Part shown: in pieces, positions 12,448 to 25,380 of the stretch
Layout of the letters: each line of letters opens with the position of its first letter
Numbering within the stretch: the first letter of the stretch is position 1
Origin: Phoronis australis
Lineage: Eukaryota; Animalia; Phoronida
Length of the DNA: 64,000 nt
Reading direction: 5' to 3'
Assembly (NCBI GenBank): GCA_002633005.1
Contig: NMRA01000184.1
Location: 685,255-749,254, forward strand
The notes under the pieces: model-generated
What the model saw: only the letters and a program-made list of their open reading frames with translations
Database searches by the model: none
Told to the model about the DNA's origin: nothing
Translations under genes and position numbers: made by a program

Positions 12448-15400
12448 TGGAGGCCCTTAATGTGAGACAAGTTTCAGTTATAAACTAACTCGTTCAAGCA
12501 GAGAGTTTCTAATTTAGACCACTGGTCTCAACTTGTTCCTCGCTTAGACGAGGACATGTACACTCGGCGCATAAAATGTTACGTCGTGACAAGTCAACTT
12601 CGAAAGCTTTGTTTCAAGCAACAATGAACTGCCAGTCTAACGAGGAATAACACAACGAACGCAGAAATATTCATGATAGTTATAACATATTCCAAAGTCC
12701 AACGATTCGGTTCAGTCTTGAAAAATCTTGAAGGTTACAATATAATCTCAAACAAGAAATATTACAACCTTAAAAGTAACTTTGCGTTGTCCTGTTATTC
12801 CTCATTAAATTATGACCAACACGTAACCTTATTGAACTGTCATTTCCGCTTTTGAAGCCCGAAAACCACCTCCAAATTTGACTTTGAAACAATTTCAGAC
12901 TAGTTTCATAACCAAGTGGTCTAAATCGAAAGTTGCTTTTGTGATGGAAGGTGAGTTTGTACTTGCTGTAACAAAGTGTATCGTTGATAGGACGTGTTTA
13001 TCAAAAAACGTTGACAGTTGTGACAAAAAGGCGAAATATACTTAGCAGGTGTCACTGATTTTTTCGCCTGCGGTTTCTTGACTCGGGGATTTCGCGCGGG
13101 GAATTTTTATCCTCTGTATTCTGACAGATTTGACCAATCTATCCTAAATACACCAACGCCTGAACAAACTGTTAAGCAAACAATTCCATTCCGGTTAGTG
13201 GTATGAGAAGGTGCGATAACCCTCGACCTGCGCTGTAGCGGCTAATATTGACAATGCTATGGCGAACTAATGAAGACCAGTTGGTGCCTCGATCCTGGCA
13301 GTTTCGCAAGCTGAACCGAATTGTTATTTAATACACGAATTTGTTTATTGTGAACTTTGTTATGGGGTGTTGCCAAACAAGTATAACTGGATGAAACCAG
13401 TACTACCATGTTCCGTTCCGCCAAATCAAATTTCACATTTTAGTCGGAAGTTTAACTTGACATCTCAACGCTGCTTCAATGTTTTTATTGATACAAATTT
13501 CGTGCGCGCTTACAAAGCTGACTGTCTGACTAAGTTCACATCATACAAAAAGTCCGCAATTTTACGAACTCCTTGATCAACGTTCTTCAATTTCTAAACA
13601 GAGAAAACTTGCCTTCTGTTCGTTGAAGTCAACAACAACCATTGCATTATGTCCCAAACAATGAAATGGGTCTTTTGAACGCAAGATCCTGTACGAATTA
13701 GTAGTAGACCAACAAAACAAGATTACATAATCTTTTTATGTGCACGAAGGAAATACCGAAACGTTGGTAATTACATGATAGCATTCTTCTCAAAATAGTG
13801 GTAAAAGGCAAATCCAAGTGTAGAAGTGTGTCACGTAACTTAGCAACATATTTGATCGTTTTAAGGAAAAGGGTCTCTCCTTAAAGTATCCACATCAACT
13901 TTCACAATTCACAACCCCAACAACATAATATGATCGCTCAGATGAGGAAATGCTGCGAGGTAATTGTGAATGGAAATTGACGCCCTTTAATGAATGACGC
14001 ATTGTTTTGTGATGGTGTTTGAGCTAAAATAGTACAAGCATTGGAAATGTGGAAACCGAAGTATTAATTTTAAGAGGATTAAATCAGAGCTGACATTTCA
14101 GTAACCCGTGTAACTTTTCCATTTTCGCCTGAGGCGCCTCTTTTTAGGCAGCACTAGCGAAAAAGCTAATTCAGTGACTCCACAATTTTATATTAGGCAA
14201 AGATCAAAATAAAAACAAAGAAAATTTGGAGAAAATCAACAATAAGTTAAAATTGCGTAGAACCTCTTTAATCGATTAATGCATGAAAGAAGTGCCTGTT
14301 GCTAAGTTGCCAGGCCACTTTGTTCAACAGGCCACATTTGATATGTTTGTGTAGCTTTTTATACAAAAAGAATCTCGCATGTTTATTTAAGCAGTGAGGT
14401 GCTGGTTTCAACATTAGTCGGGCGCAGACCAGAAACAACTATGCTATTATTTTTGCCCTTGCATGAAGTTTTCAGAGTTTACTGCAATTAATAACCATTA
14501 CTCTGTTTATATGGCGGGTTGCTTTGAAACTTCATCCTGTTCACAAGCACCAGTTACGTGTCATTTGGCGATCACACAGAGCTTCACGGAAGTTGCAACT
14601 TACGATAACAACACATTATATTCGGGGCTCTAAACCCTGAGTGCTAATCTAACTGTGCTGCGACTGAATGCGCGACCAACGGCAAAGGACTGTCCAAAAA
14701 GTTTCGAAACTTGAAACGTTCGCGAGGTGCGCACTTTTTCCTCGTGAGTGTTGCTGCAACAACTTGCAAAATCTTTCAAGTGAATCTTCCTCGCAAATGT
14801 GTCTCAAACACGTCTCCAACCTTCTCAGTTTAGTTTCTTAGACACAGAAAGTTCCGAGAACATGGAAGGCAACTTCGCGATGTACAAAATTAACTTGGTA
14901 CTGATATTGAAGACAAAGTGAGAATCTGTTGCACCACAAAAATAGTATTTATTATCGCGTGAGTGTAGCACGACATGGTATGCTATCCCCAACGAACTTA
15001 GCCTTTGTTTCGAAAGACTGTCATGATTAAATTATATTTTTTAAACACTGTAGCAGATTCCAACAAGCTTCCGTGGAGTTGTAATTAAGGTATTAGCAAG
15101 TCATACCCGCGACCTGGGTTGAATTCCGTGAACGAAAGAATCTCACTGAGGAAGCTATTTTTTTCGCGTGCTCTAATTGTAATACATGACAACTTGTCGC
15201 ATTGCATTTTCCGATATTCTCATTTTTATGAAACGTACGCCTTGATACTAGCAAAATAGACAGCGTTCGGTGGGCAAAACAACCCCACTGAATAAGCAAA
15301 AGTAAAAACCAAGTGTTGCGCGATTCCTCACGAGCATAACCCATGAAATGGCGGCCTCACTCAGGAGATTGAAATATTGAATAATTGGATGGAATTATAA

Positions 15401-16054
15401 ATTTAGGATAGAATTAACGGTTTCCGTTCCATAAGCGAAAGTTGTCACCGCAAGTGCGTGGCTAATAGCTTGGGTCTACGGAACACAGCCCTGGACTCGT
15501 GTTTTGACGACAACATGACGCATTTGGTTTAATCACAACCTGAAACATCAAATGCATTTTTACTGGCCAAGTATACGGTTGTGTTTTTGAAGGCTAAGGG
15601 TATATTTCAGCTTAACAAATAGCGACGTTTATAGCGTGTCGATTCTACTAGGAGCCAATCACGTTCTACAACACACGATTTGCATTATATTTTGAAAGTT
15701 TATTGGAGATGCGCTACTTGTTTTTTCAATTATTTTGTGAAAATTGCTAAGCCTATCCAAAGATTCAACGGTCAGCGACTAAACATCAGAGAATTACTAG
15801 CGAAGTCAAAAAATCTGGTCTCCCACAGAGGGCGACTGCATGGCTTAGCAGTAGGCAGCACAGGCGCACGACAATATTTCAGGTTCAAAGCAAATAGCGG
15901 CCTTATAAAGTAGGAACAATGATAGCATGGCTTTCATCCCACTGGCAGTTTTAGCTCGCATTGGCAACTTCTAACGCATTCCGCATCGTAGACGCGTAGC
16001 ATTGCATATTCCCGGCTGGGCCACGATGTCGCTACATGTCACTATAATAAAAAA

Positions 16055-16084
16055 TTACTTACTTACTTACTTACTTACTTACTT
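16055..16084. repeat. (TTAC)n microsatellite
   Basis: Directly visible. Confidence 0.9.
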
Positions 16085-16255
16085 TACAAGTGCTAGTATT
16101 CACAATGCAACTACAGACGTATGAACACGTCTCAATTCTTAACTTGACAATATTGAATTCAACTGTACCTTTATCTTACATTTTGCAAATGAAACACATG
16201 TTTCTATTTTCAGACGCTACTTTTCCTGACCCAGCCATAGTCTACAGGCAGAGAA

Positions 16256-16379
16256 ATGAAGTTGGCCGTTGCTCTTGCAGTTTTCGTTGCGTTTGTCATC
16301 TGCATCGAAGCCACACGTCGTGGCGGAAGACGTCCCAACTTTCCTTCATGCGTTGAGTCAGCTAGCGCCTGCAACGAAA
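16256..16379 (+). CDS. Secreted 10-Cys cationic protein (prokineticin/colipase-fold-like), coding exon 1
   Basis: Acceptor TTTTCAG at 16213 and ATG at 16256. Translates as MKLAVALAVFVAFVICIEA (signal peptide) then TRRGGRRPNFPSCVESASACNE. Ends in phase 1 at a GC donor, A|GCAAGT. Confidence 0.8.
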
Positions 16380-16644
16380 GCAAGTAGATTTCCGGTTTTC
16401 CCTTTTCAAATAGGTTCGAGCACTTGGGGAATACGTACTTGTCGTTGAAACGAAATACTGAATCAAACCATCTTCAGAGTAGTTTGTTGATGTCATCATT
16501 ACACTTCACGTGCTCATTAACATACTCATTACGTAGGCCTAGCTATGTTCCAAGTCACTTCATGTAAAACAGGGCACCTATTTAATTGGTCACTACATCT
16601 TGCTTAGTTTCCTCTTGCTATGTATGAGCACTTTTGTCTTCCAG

Positions 16645-16755
16645 ATTCGTGTTGTGTTCCGATTCCAGAACGCTATCAGAGCATCATAGGTTACGCCAAA
16701 GCCTGCTTGCCAAAGACAGAGCGTCGTTGTGCCGACTCTTGTCAATGTCCCGAAG
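16645..16755 (+). CDS. Secreted 10-Cys cationic protein, coding exon 2
   Basis: Acceptor CTTTTGTCTTCCAG and donor G|GTATTG. 111 nt, phase 1 to phase 1. Translates as (N)SCCVPIPERYQSIIGYAKACLPKTERRCADSCQCPE. Confidence 0.85.
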
Positions 16756-18483
16756 GTATTGTGTCCAAGGGAGTGGCTGATGCATGTAGCTATTCTTAAG
16801 AATAGGTGGAACGTTTTTAGTCATTTTTTATATGCGCGTGCATGTAATGAGGCCTATCTACCTACATATGACTACCTGAATTAAGTTACTAACAGCTATA
16901 TCCGGAATTAGGAGCATGCATAACTTTAGCAAAAACAAAGGAGTAACCTTGTACGCTCGCGCGCGCGCACACACGCACACACACACAAACACTCACGCAC
17001 AGGGGCGTCCTGCGTCTGCCTCTCCATTTTATTGGCCGCTTGATGGAATTTTCTTGAAATTTTACACTTTGCAGTCATGATGTTTATAACATGGAGTGAG
17101 CGCACTGGTACGTTTACTAATCTGCACCAGCTCTCACCCTCCGGGACAATTTTAGTTTTTCGCTTCAACTTCTATAAGTACTTAGTTCATTGATTGATTT
17201 CTTCATTGACTGATTTTCCTGAAATTTGACAAATGTGTTTTTATCCAGGAGGTGATGACACCGGTCCGTTTTCGACGACTCCGACGTGTTGTGCAGTGTT
17301 ATTATTTTATGTCTACTTAAATAATTATTTCGCTATGGTCGACAGTACAAGTTTCGGAAAGAGTCTCATCACTTTTTCAGAAAAAACACTGGTAGCGTTT
17401 TGTTTTTCCAAGAGCCACCAAAAGGTTACTTTCGGAAATCACCGTATCTTTACTATCATGACATTACTAAATGGGTCAAGTGGCAAATCAACGATTTGTG
17501 ACTATTTTCCGAAAGTAATTGCAGAATTACTGCTTGCCTGAGAAAATGATTTATGCGTTAGAAAGAGCTCCCCTTTGTTAACAGGGTGTAGTCAATTTCT
17601 TTTTTCTCATGTCGCACATTAATGGCGTAATCGTGGTTTGAAAATGTTGTCGCTATTAAAAATTTCCAAACTCACACATGATGTATAAATGGTGCTGAAA
17701 TCAAATATATTCTCATGTACGCTTCAGCAACTGGGAGTCTTCGACGAATATACCGTCCTTCTTTCATGGGGCTTGTAGGTGGCGCTGAACACCTGTCCAC
17801 CAAAGACCTGTTCGCCGTCTGGCGACAGTAAATAGCGGTAGACATAAAAATTTGACGCTATCGGAAATGCCTAAGAAACGGTGTCTTTTTGGTGGTAAAC
17901 CACGTCATATTTATTGCACGTTAATATTAAATTGAAGACATTTTTACATGCAGATATTCCAAGCCTCACTGCGCCAATAGGCGATTTAAAATTCAGCTTT
18001 TTGTCTACTTTAATGAAGTGTTTCGCTAATTGAGGATATTGGCCCATGGCCTACTACCAATACTACTTTTAGCACTGCTACTAGTAGTACTACTTCTCGA
18101 AGTACTACTTTTAAGCACTAGTGACAACATTTATCAATGTCAATCATAATCGTAACAACACGGTAAAGGAATATTGTATAGGCACTTTAAATAACAAACG
18201 TTTCACTTTGGTTTGGTCTTACAGGAGACAAACGCGGCTATTTCCCGAGCCCTCTACCGTAGGGGCTCTTTTAGTGTGAAAGGACATAAAACTTCGACCA
18301 ACAAAAAAGTACTTATTACTTCTTTCATCCCATTCTAGCCTGCTGGAGCTCCCTCGTTCAAACATCATTTCTTACGTTTGTGTATTATTTAAGGCGTACT
18401 GCATTTGACGACTCCCATTGTTTGCAAGTCATCAAACTAGTGAAATGGACCTTTGAAGGAATTTATGGTGTTCGTGATTTCAG

Positions 18484-18632
18484 GTAAATTCTGTTGGATG
18501 AAGGAAGGACGCCGTGGCGGGAGGAGACGCGGACATGGTGCCGCCAGACGTCCCAGACAGTTCCCTGGTAAATGCAAGTTGCCAGGACAAGAAAGAGGTT
18601 CGGGCTCTTGGCTCGGACAGGCACCGGAGTAA
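18484..18632 (+). CDS. Secreted 10-Cys cationic protein, coding exon 3
   Basis: Acceptor GATTTCAG, phase 1. Translates as (G)KFCWMKEGRRGGRRRGHGAARRPRQFPGKCKLPGQERGSGSWLGQAPE*. This supplies Cys 9 and Cys 10. ATTAAA at 18713-18718. Confidence 0.8.
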
Positions 18633-19338
18633 AACCACGTGACAATTTTAAGGTTGCGTTTAACACGAGAGAGCGCATGCGTCGTCACCGGAAGGATTAT
18701 CCTGAAGGTTACATTAAATTCTTGTATTGTAGGAAATCAAACGTAAAAAGCTAAAGCATATTACACGTGTTCTCATTTTCAGTATTTTTTTATCTTTCTT
18801 TATAAATTAGTTGCGTGTGTGAATTATAGTTACTATAACATAACACATCGTTTGTCTATGTTGCATGTCTGCTTGTTTTGAAATATATCGCCGGGAGTAA
18901 CCTTACATTGAGTTTTCTCTTGTTTCATTCCGTTTTCTTCTCCTTACGACATGAAAAATGACTGATAACGTCAATAGTTCTTTCTCGCAATTCCTCTTGA
19001 CCGTATAGCAATTGCTCTCTGACGCATAAAGTTTTTATTGGTCTGTCTGCCAAAACCGGGAGCTTTTCATACAGCTCTTTTTGACTTGCATGGGAACGAA
19101 AGTCGTGTTTCGTTTAAGGTTTTTGACCCACGTTGTTTTGTAGAGAAACCTGGTTTGGAATTCGGTTTTAGCTCGCTGATATAAAGAAGAAAACATCTCT
19201 ATTGATAACAGGCAAGAAAATTGCCTAACGAATGAACTCAGGCAGCTTATTCGTTATTGTGTTAAAACCGAAGATTTCAAGGGTATTGATCAGTTTTATA
19301 TTTTAAATGTTTTGTTTAAAAAACCAAAACGATACTTT

Positions 19339-19400
19339 CAGAACATTCATTTATTGGCGAGTATAAACGTTTTGCTACAGGGTTGAAGAGAAGACTAAGT
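19339..19400. repeat. Dispersed ~60-bp repeat (second copy at 40561-40621)
   Basis: TCAGAACAT..TTTATTGGCGAGTATAAA.GTTTTG.TA.AGGGTTGAA.AGAAGACTA occurs at both sites. Confidence 0.7.
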
Positions 19401-21285
19401 TATCAAAAATTTTCTGACCTGCTTGTATAAAAAAGGGAATTAGATTGCACCGAACCGGGTACACTTAGGGTTATAAGTAGCCAACCATTAAGCTATCAAA
19501 TTTCACTTCGTCGAAAATTTTTACTCAGTTAGTTCCCAACTGGAATGAAATCGTCGATCAGAAGGCATTGTTCTTATTTATTGATAGATTTTGCAAAGAT
19601 TTGTTTTCAATTAAACTCTACATTTCATAAGATGTGAATTTGGGAACTGTTATACATAAAAGTAAACTACGAAAACGTTATACAGAAAGTTCCAAACTCA
19701 ATGTACTGACATCTGTTACGGACGCTTTAGCTGTAAAGCAAACAAAAAATGACAAATCATCTGGTCCCCCACGGCTTTTCAAGTAAGTTTTATAAGTTTT
19801 TCTTGCAAGAAATTTCCTTCATTCGTTTAATAATAGCTTTGGTTAAACGAACTTTAGCACTTAACTTAAACCAAGGTAACTAATGTCGAGAGTATATCAT
19901 CCACATAGTGCCCTATTTTACTATCTAACAACAGCTAAAAAATTGAGAATTGACCTATCGCCAGGATTTTGGCTGACTGCTAACTGGCCAATCAGAACGC
20001 AGCAGTCTTGACACACCTTCGTCTGCGTTTCGAAGCCGCCATTTTACCCGACAAATAACACGTTGTGGGGGTAAAGTTTATGCTAATCTATAGCTCAAGA
20101 AATTGTACGATCAGAATAATGAAACAGTGTTGCTATGGCGTGTGTAATTCCGACAGCCATTATGCAGCTCGATAAGAATATTCCGTAACTTTTTAGGTAT
20201 TCCCTAAGCCTAAAAGTGAATTCGAAATGTGTGAACGACAGACTATCTCTGTATACGGCCACACGAGTAACTGAACTTGACAATGTTGTTGCTTGATTAC
20301 TCGAAGGTTAAATACGAACATCTTTGTTCCAAGATACTTACTTTTCATTTTGGTGGCTATAGTATTCTCTTATCTGATTTTGACTCAGGAGTTTCACTCG
20401 TCTAACCGCCTTTGTCTCGACACTTGCTGAATCCCAGCATTAGCCCTAGCGGTAGTCCCCGGAATTGTTGTTTAACATTTTTCATTTCTTCCGAATGGAC
20501 ATCATTTTGTTTCGTAGCTAAAGCAAAGATGGCTAAAGTGAGGTACATTTTTGTTATTACACCTGTAGGCCGGCGTTCACCTCAACTTCTCTCAAAATTG
20601 GCAGATTCGATCGGCACAGGAGGGGCACTGGATCACTGCTGACACGAAAAATTAGAGCATTTAAATTATTTTTTGTCGAGAACCTCTAGTATACATTTCG
20701 CCTGTAGTGTTAGAAAGAGCTCATTTTGTAGTTGTTCAAACATGATACTTGGATTTATGAAGCTTTAAAAAAGAATTTGAGTTCTTTTGTACTTAAAATA
20801 CCCACATTCTGCTAATACACCGGACTTGTCATCTTTTGTAACCATACCATAGCTTAGTGATCATGCTACGTTTAAAAGTAACTGAAAGCTACCTTTCCGC
20901 AATGAAACTGGCGGGGGTGATGCTGCAGCTTGTCAAGTGGTGTGTAAAATTGCTCTCAACAGTACATCAATTTTTTTGCAAACGAACGTACAGGAGCAGG
21001 CAGAAAATTGCAGAGAGGGGAAATTTGTGTCAGAGACTTTGGTGAACGTGTTTTGAGGTTTTAGATACTTTCACCAGATAGAGAAAGTTTTCTGTTTGTA
21101 GTGGGGCTTGTCCTCCTATGACTGATATCGCTGTGTTCAGTGGCAACTCATTGACCAACATTACTGCTATCTGAACTAGACCCCTGCTGTTGGTGGTAAA
21201 AGGTCAACATTCAAAACCACCATGGATGACTGAAAGGAATCTAGGTTAGTCACTCAGTCCCTTGCTGTGTGTTATACTGGTCAAG

Positions 21286-21887
21286 ATGGATGCAAAACAG
21301 TTAGAGGAAAGAATTGCTAAACTCGATGAGAGAATGCAAAATCTGTGAAACTTATCATCAAGGAGGAGGTTTTGAAGTTGAATGAAGAACTGGTCAAGCT
21401 TAAAAGGGAAAATGAGATCTTGAAGGAAAAGGTGAATTCTCTTGAGCAGTGTTCAAGAAGGAATAGTCTACGCATCTATGGTTTGAAAGAAGAGGAATCT
21501 AAAGTATGTATTCAAACAGTGACAGAGTTTTTGGAAAAATCTCTTAAAGTAAAAGTTAAACCTGCATAGACTGACCGTGCGCACCGAATTGGGAAACTCA
21601 AAACTACAGGTAGAGTGTCAAGACATTCTGTCCAATCAACAACTCCGAGACCAATGATTGTGAAATTTATTTCTTATCAAACTAGATAAAACGTGTTTAA
21701 ACAGAAGAGGGTTCTAAAAGATACGGGCTATTATATTTTAGAAGACCTAACATCGCTAAACTAGAATTTACTCATGTCTGCATTCAAGAATGATAAAGTC
21801 AAAAGTAGGGGGTCCAGCGATGGCAGGATCTATGTACAGTTGACAAACGGAACTATAAAGGTGATAAAGGGTACGGAAGATATTTAA
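21286..21887 (+). pseudogene. LINE ORF1 (L1-type coiled coil + RRM), disrupted
   Basis: A coiled coil is followed by LEQCSRRNSLRIYGLKE, DRAHRIG, PRPMIVKF and ILEDLT. It carries a frameshift and stops. Confidence 0.85.
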
Positions 21888-22092
21888 TTTGCGACTTCTA
21901 ATGGCTAGCCAGAGGGCGAAGACGGACCGAACGAGATGGACTGGAATTCTTTCAGTTGTATATATTTTTTGTTTCGTAGGTGTGAGTGTGTCGGAGTGAA
22001 TGGTTTCTATATTCACGTGATCACTGTTCATTTTTTTGTTGGAAGGTTTTGTAGTGGTTTATCTAATTATATGTTTTGTGGTTTCCCAATTG

Positions 22093-23824
22093 ATGACAAT
22101 GGTTAGCTTAAACTTAATATCATTAAATTGCAGGGGTTTAAATCGTGAATTGAAAAGGCAGCATTTGTTTTCTTTTTTGAGGAAGGAGGGGGTTGATATT
22201 GCCTTTTTACAAGAAACATACAGTACAATAACTAACATTAATAAATGGGGACATGAGTGGGGAAGTAGAATCTATGCTGCTCATGGGTCAGAGCACAGCA
22301 GGGGTGTTGCCATCATGTTTAACAACAATTTAAATGTTACAGTTAAAAGATGTATCGAAGATCCTGATGGTCGTTATTTGTGCATTGACGCAGATGTGGA
22401 TGATTATAATTATATTTTCATAGACGTTTATTTTCCAAATGAAAATAGATCTCAATTAATGTTTTTGGACAAGTTAAATAATACCTTCCAAAGATATGTA
22501 AATAACGATAATATTTTTGTGCTGGTGATTTTAATTGCCCATCAGGAAAAATTGATAAACAAGGAATAAGAGATACTAGAGATAAACAAACAGTCATTGT
22601 AAGCTTAAATGTTTTGCAGAGTCTTTCCATCTATTGTTTGGAGATTTCAGAATCCAGACAAAAAACAATATACATGGCATAATAATTCCTACAGATTACA
22701 AAGCAGAATTGACTACTGGTTGGTTTCAAAGAACCTCAAAGATCACATCAATTATTTCATTAAAAGTTTTTCGGATCACTCGGTAGTCAAACTTCATTGC
22801 TCACTTAAAGATTCTATACCGAGAGGGCATGGATTATGGAAAATTAATAATAGTCTTTTCGAAGATTAAGAATATGTAACTAACTTAAAAAGAATTATAA
22901 ATACCTGTGTTGAAGAGTATGTTTATCTACGTAATAAACATACCAAATGGGAAATGGTTAAAATGAAAATAAGGGAATATACTATGAGACACTCGAAAAG
23001 AAAAAAGAAATTGGAAAATGCTGAGGAAGAGAAATTGTTTGAAATTATCAACAACTTGACAGGAGAACTAAATGATGGTAGAAATGATGATGGAATTGTG
23101 CAGAATTTGGAAAGAGCAAAGTCCAATTTGCAACGTATACAAACTCATAGAGTACGTGGACGAATGTTAAGGAGTAAAGCCTAGTTAATTGAGGAAGGGG
23201 TGAATAGCCCAAATGTTTTTGCCTCATTGAAGAAAAGAAATTTTAAAAAAGTGTATAAGTATCCTTGAAAATAAAGATGGCCACTAGATAAGAGATCATG
23301 CTGAAATCAGGTCAGAATTGACTCATTATTACTCCTCTGTTTTCACAGATTGTCAAATGGAAACACCATCCACTATACCAAATCTTTTTAATGGCGCCAG
23401 AGATGTAGCATCCAGTGATTTTGAAGAACTGGATGAACCTTTAAGAGAGGGTGAATTTTATGAAGTTTTAAAAACTTGTAAAAATAAGTCTCCAGGAAAT
23501 GACGGGCTAACTTACGAATTTTATATCAAATGTTTCTGGCATGAGGTTAAAAACTCCTTACTTAAAGCTTTTGAATTTAGTTTTTCAGTGCGGGAATTAT
23601 CTACGTCACAGAGGCAAGGAGCAATAAAGCTCCTACCCAAGTCAAAAGATGCGTTCGAGCTCCAGTCCTTGGATAATATCGCCAATATCGCTATTGAATA
23701 CCGATTATAAATTACTTACAAAAGTTCTTACAGCCCGTATAAATAACATCATGGGAAAACTGGTTCACCCAGGTCAAACAGCTGTTAAAGGACGATATAT
23801 AGGATACAATATGCGTATCATTCA

Positions 23825-23861
<37 letters not shown>

Positions 23862-25380
23862 TTATTACATGTTCTCAGCCGTCATCCGCCTTATCTGGAG
23901 CCCTCGTGGATTTTGGAGAATTATCACCCTCGGGGCTAACGCCCCTCGGGCTAATGCCCCTCGGGCCATAATTCTCCAAAATCCACTCGGGCTCTAGTAA
24001 ACGGGAGATAACGACTGAGAACATGTAATAATCTATTCATACTACATACTAAACGAGAATCGATCTACCTTTTCTCGACTCTCCACGGCTTTGTAACTAC
24101 TTTCTATGTCAGAGGCCGGGGTCGGAGGTCGTGACCTTTTAAGCAAAGCCGGGCTATTTTTGTCAAATAATGGTTTTACTCAAATCCAATTGAAAACTTA
24201 AATATAATAGAAATAAATTGAATTTATAAATTAAGGTTTACCAACTATTATAGCTTAAAACACGTTTTTTTCATGCTAAGCTTCGACCGGGAAATTATCG
24301 TCTTCTAAAGTAGGTCACCACAGATAACTGAATATAATTCTCAAGTCAAAGATCCCGACGACACAATACCCGCATTCAAACTGGAGATCGGTGATTTACA
24401 AGTAAGAGGACATGAGAGAAAAATTTCACTGAATTAAGATATCATTTTTATGGAAATTATGTGGCTTATTTTTCGTAGCGTATAAGTACAGTACAATGCG
24501 GTTTTTTGAAAATGGGATTATTGCGCGTGCTCATTTAAGTATTCTATTTTCACTCTTGATGACGTCAGTCGCTGCGTGGTGTAGTGGTAAAGTCGGCGAC
24601 AAGCAACTCCAAGGTTCGACTCCGTCATCAGTTTCCCGCCAAAACGTTATCTCACTAGTGAGATAACTTTATGGCTTATTACACGGATGTATCTGCCATT
24701 TGACGCTAATATTGTGGTATAAAATTTCTTATACAAATGTTACTGATGGTCAAGGACACATTTTATTTTTGGACTTTTGCAAGGCGTATGATACAATAAA
24801 ATGGGACTTTATTTTTCAAGCTTTGATAGCTTTTAATTTTGGACAGGGTTTTACACGATGGGTAGAAATAATCTATAACAAACCAACAGCTTGTGTTGTC
24901 AATAATGGTTTTACAACAGGTTATTTTCGTAAGACAGGGTGATTCATTGTCAGGTCCATTATTTTGCCTAGTTGTTGGAGTTATGTCCAATTATATACGA
25001 AAGTGTAATTTAATTAAAGGCATAAGTGTTGAGAAAACTGAAGTTAAAATTCTCTAGTACGCAGATGACACTACCTTATTTCTTCATGACAAAAATTCTG
25101 GCATGAATTGTCTCAAATTTTTAGAATATTTTGGTTTACTCTCTGGTCTCCAGCTAAATATTAAGAAATGTGAATGGTTACATATTTGGGTCGAGAAAAA
25201 GTGTTGTGAACCACTTTATGGCTTCAAGTGGACTGGCAAACCAATCAAGAGTCTGGGAATATTTTTTAGTCATAACAAAAAAGAAAATGATTTCTTAAAT
25301 CTTGAACACAAAATTAAGTCCTTTAAAAAGTCTCTTGATATCTGGAAAAGTCGCAATATTTCATTGTTAGGAAGGATCAA
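22093..25380 (+). mobile_element. L1/Tx1-clade LINE ORF2 (APE endonuclease + reverse transcriptase), decayed, interrupted and 3'-truncated
   Basis: Motifs SLNCRGL, FLQETY, SRIDYWLVS, SDH, KSPGNDGL, PISLLNTDYKLL, LDFCKAYDTI, and YADD at 25058-25069. Many stops and frameshifts. Confidence 0.93.
23828..24722. mobile_element. Non-autonomous element inserted in the LINE RT region next to a (TA)n tract
   Basis: The LINE reading stops at RIIQDI and resumes at ISYT. The insert begins with (TA)n and a hairpin of about 175 bp (TAGATTATTACATGTTCTCAG...CTGAGAACATGTAATAATCTA). It also holds a tRNA-like A/B-box segment at about 24570-24630 and the palindrome GTTATCTCACTAGTGAGATAAC. Confidence 0.75.

Noticed and set aside
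16090-16356. 88-aa ORF in the track over the first exon of the Cys-rich gene (also 18572-18754)
   Set aside because: Wrong frame. The signal-peptide frame from ATG 16256 and the spliced frame explain these regions.
24570-24630. tRNA-like sequences (also about 10540-10590 and 49758-49830)
   Set aside because: They have A/B-box-like words only, with no complete cloverleaf. Treated as SINE/TE-derived rather than tRNA genes.
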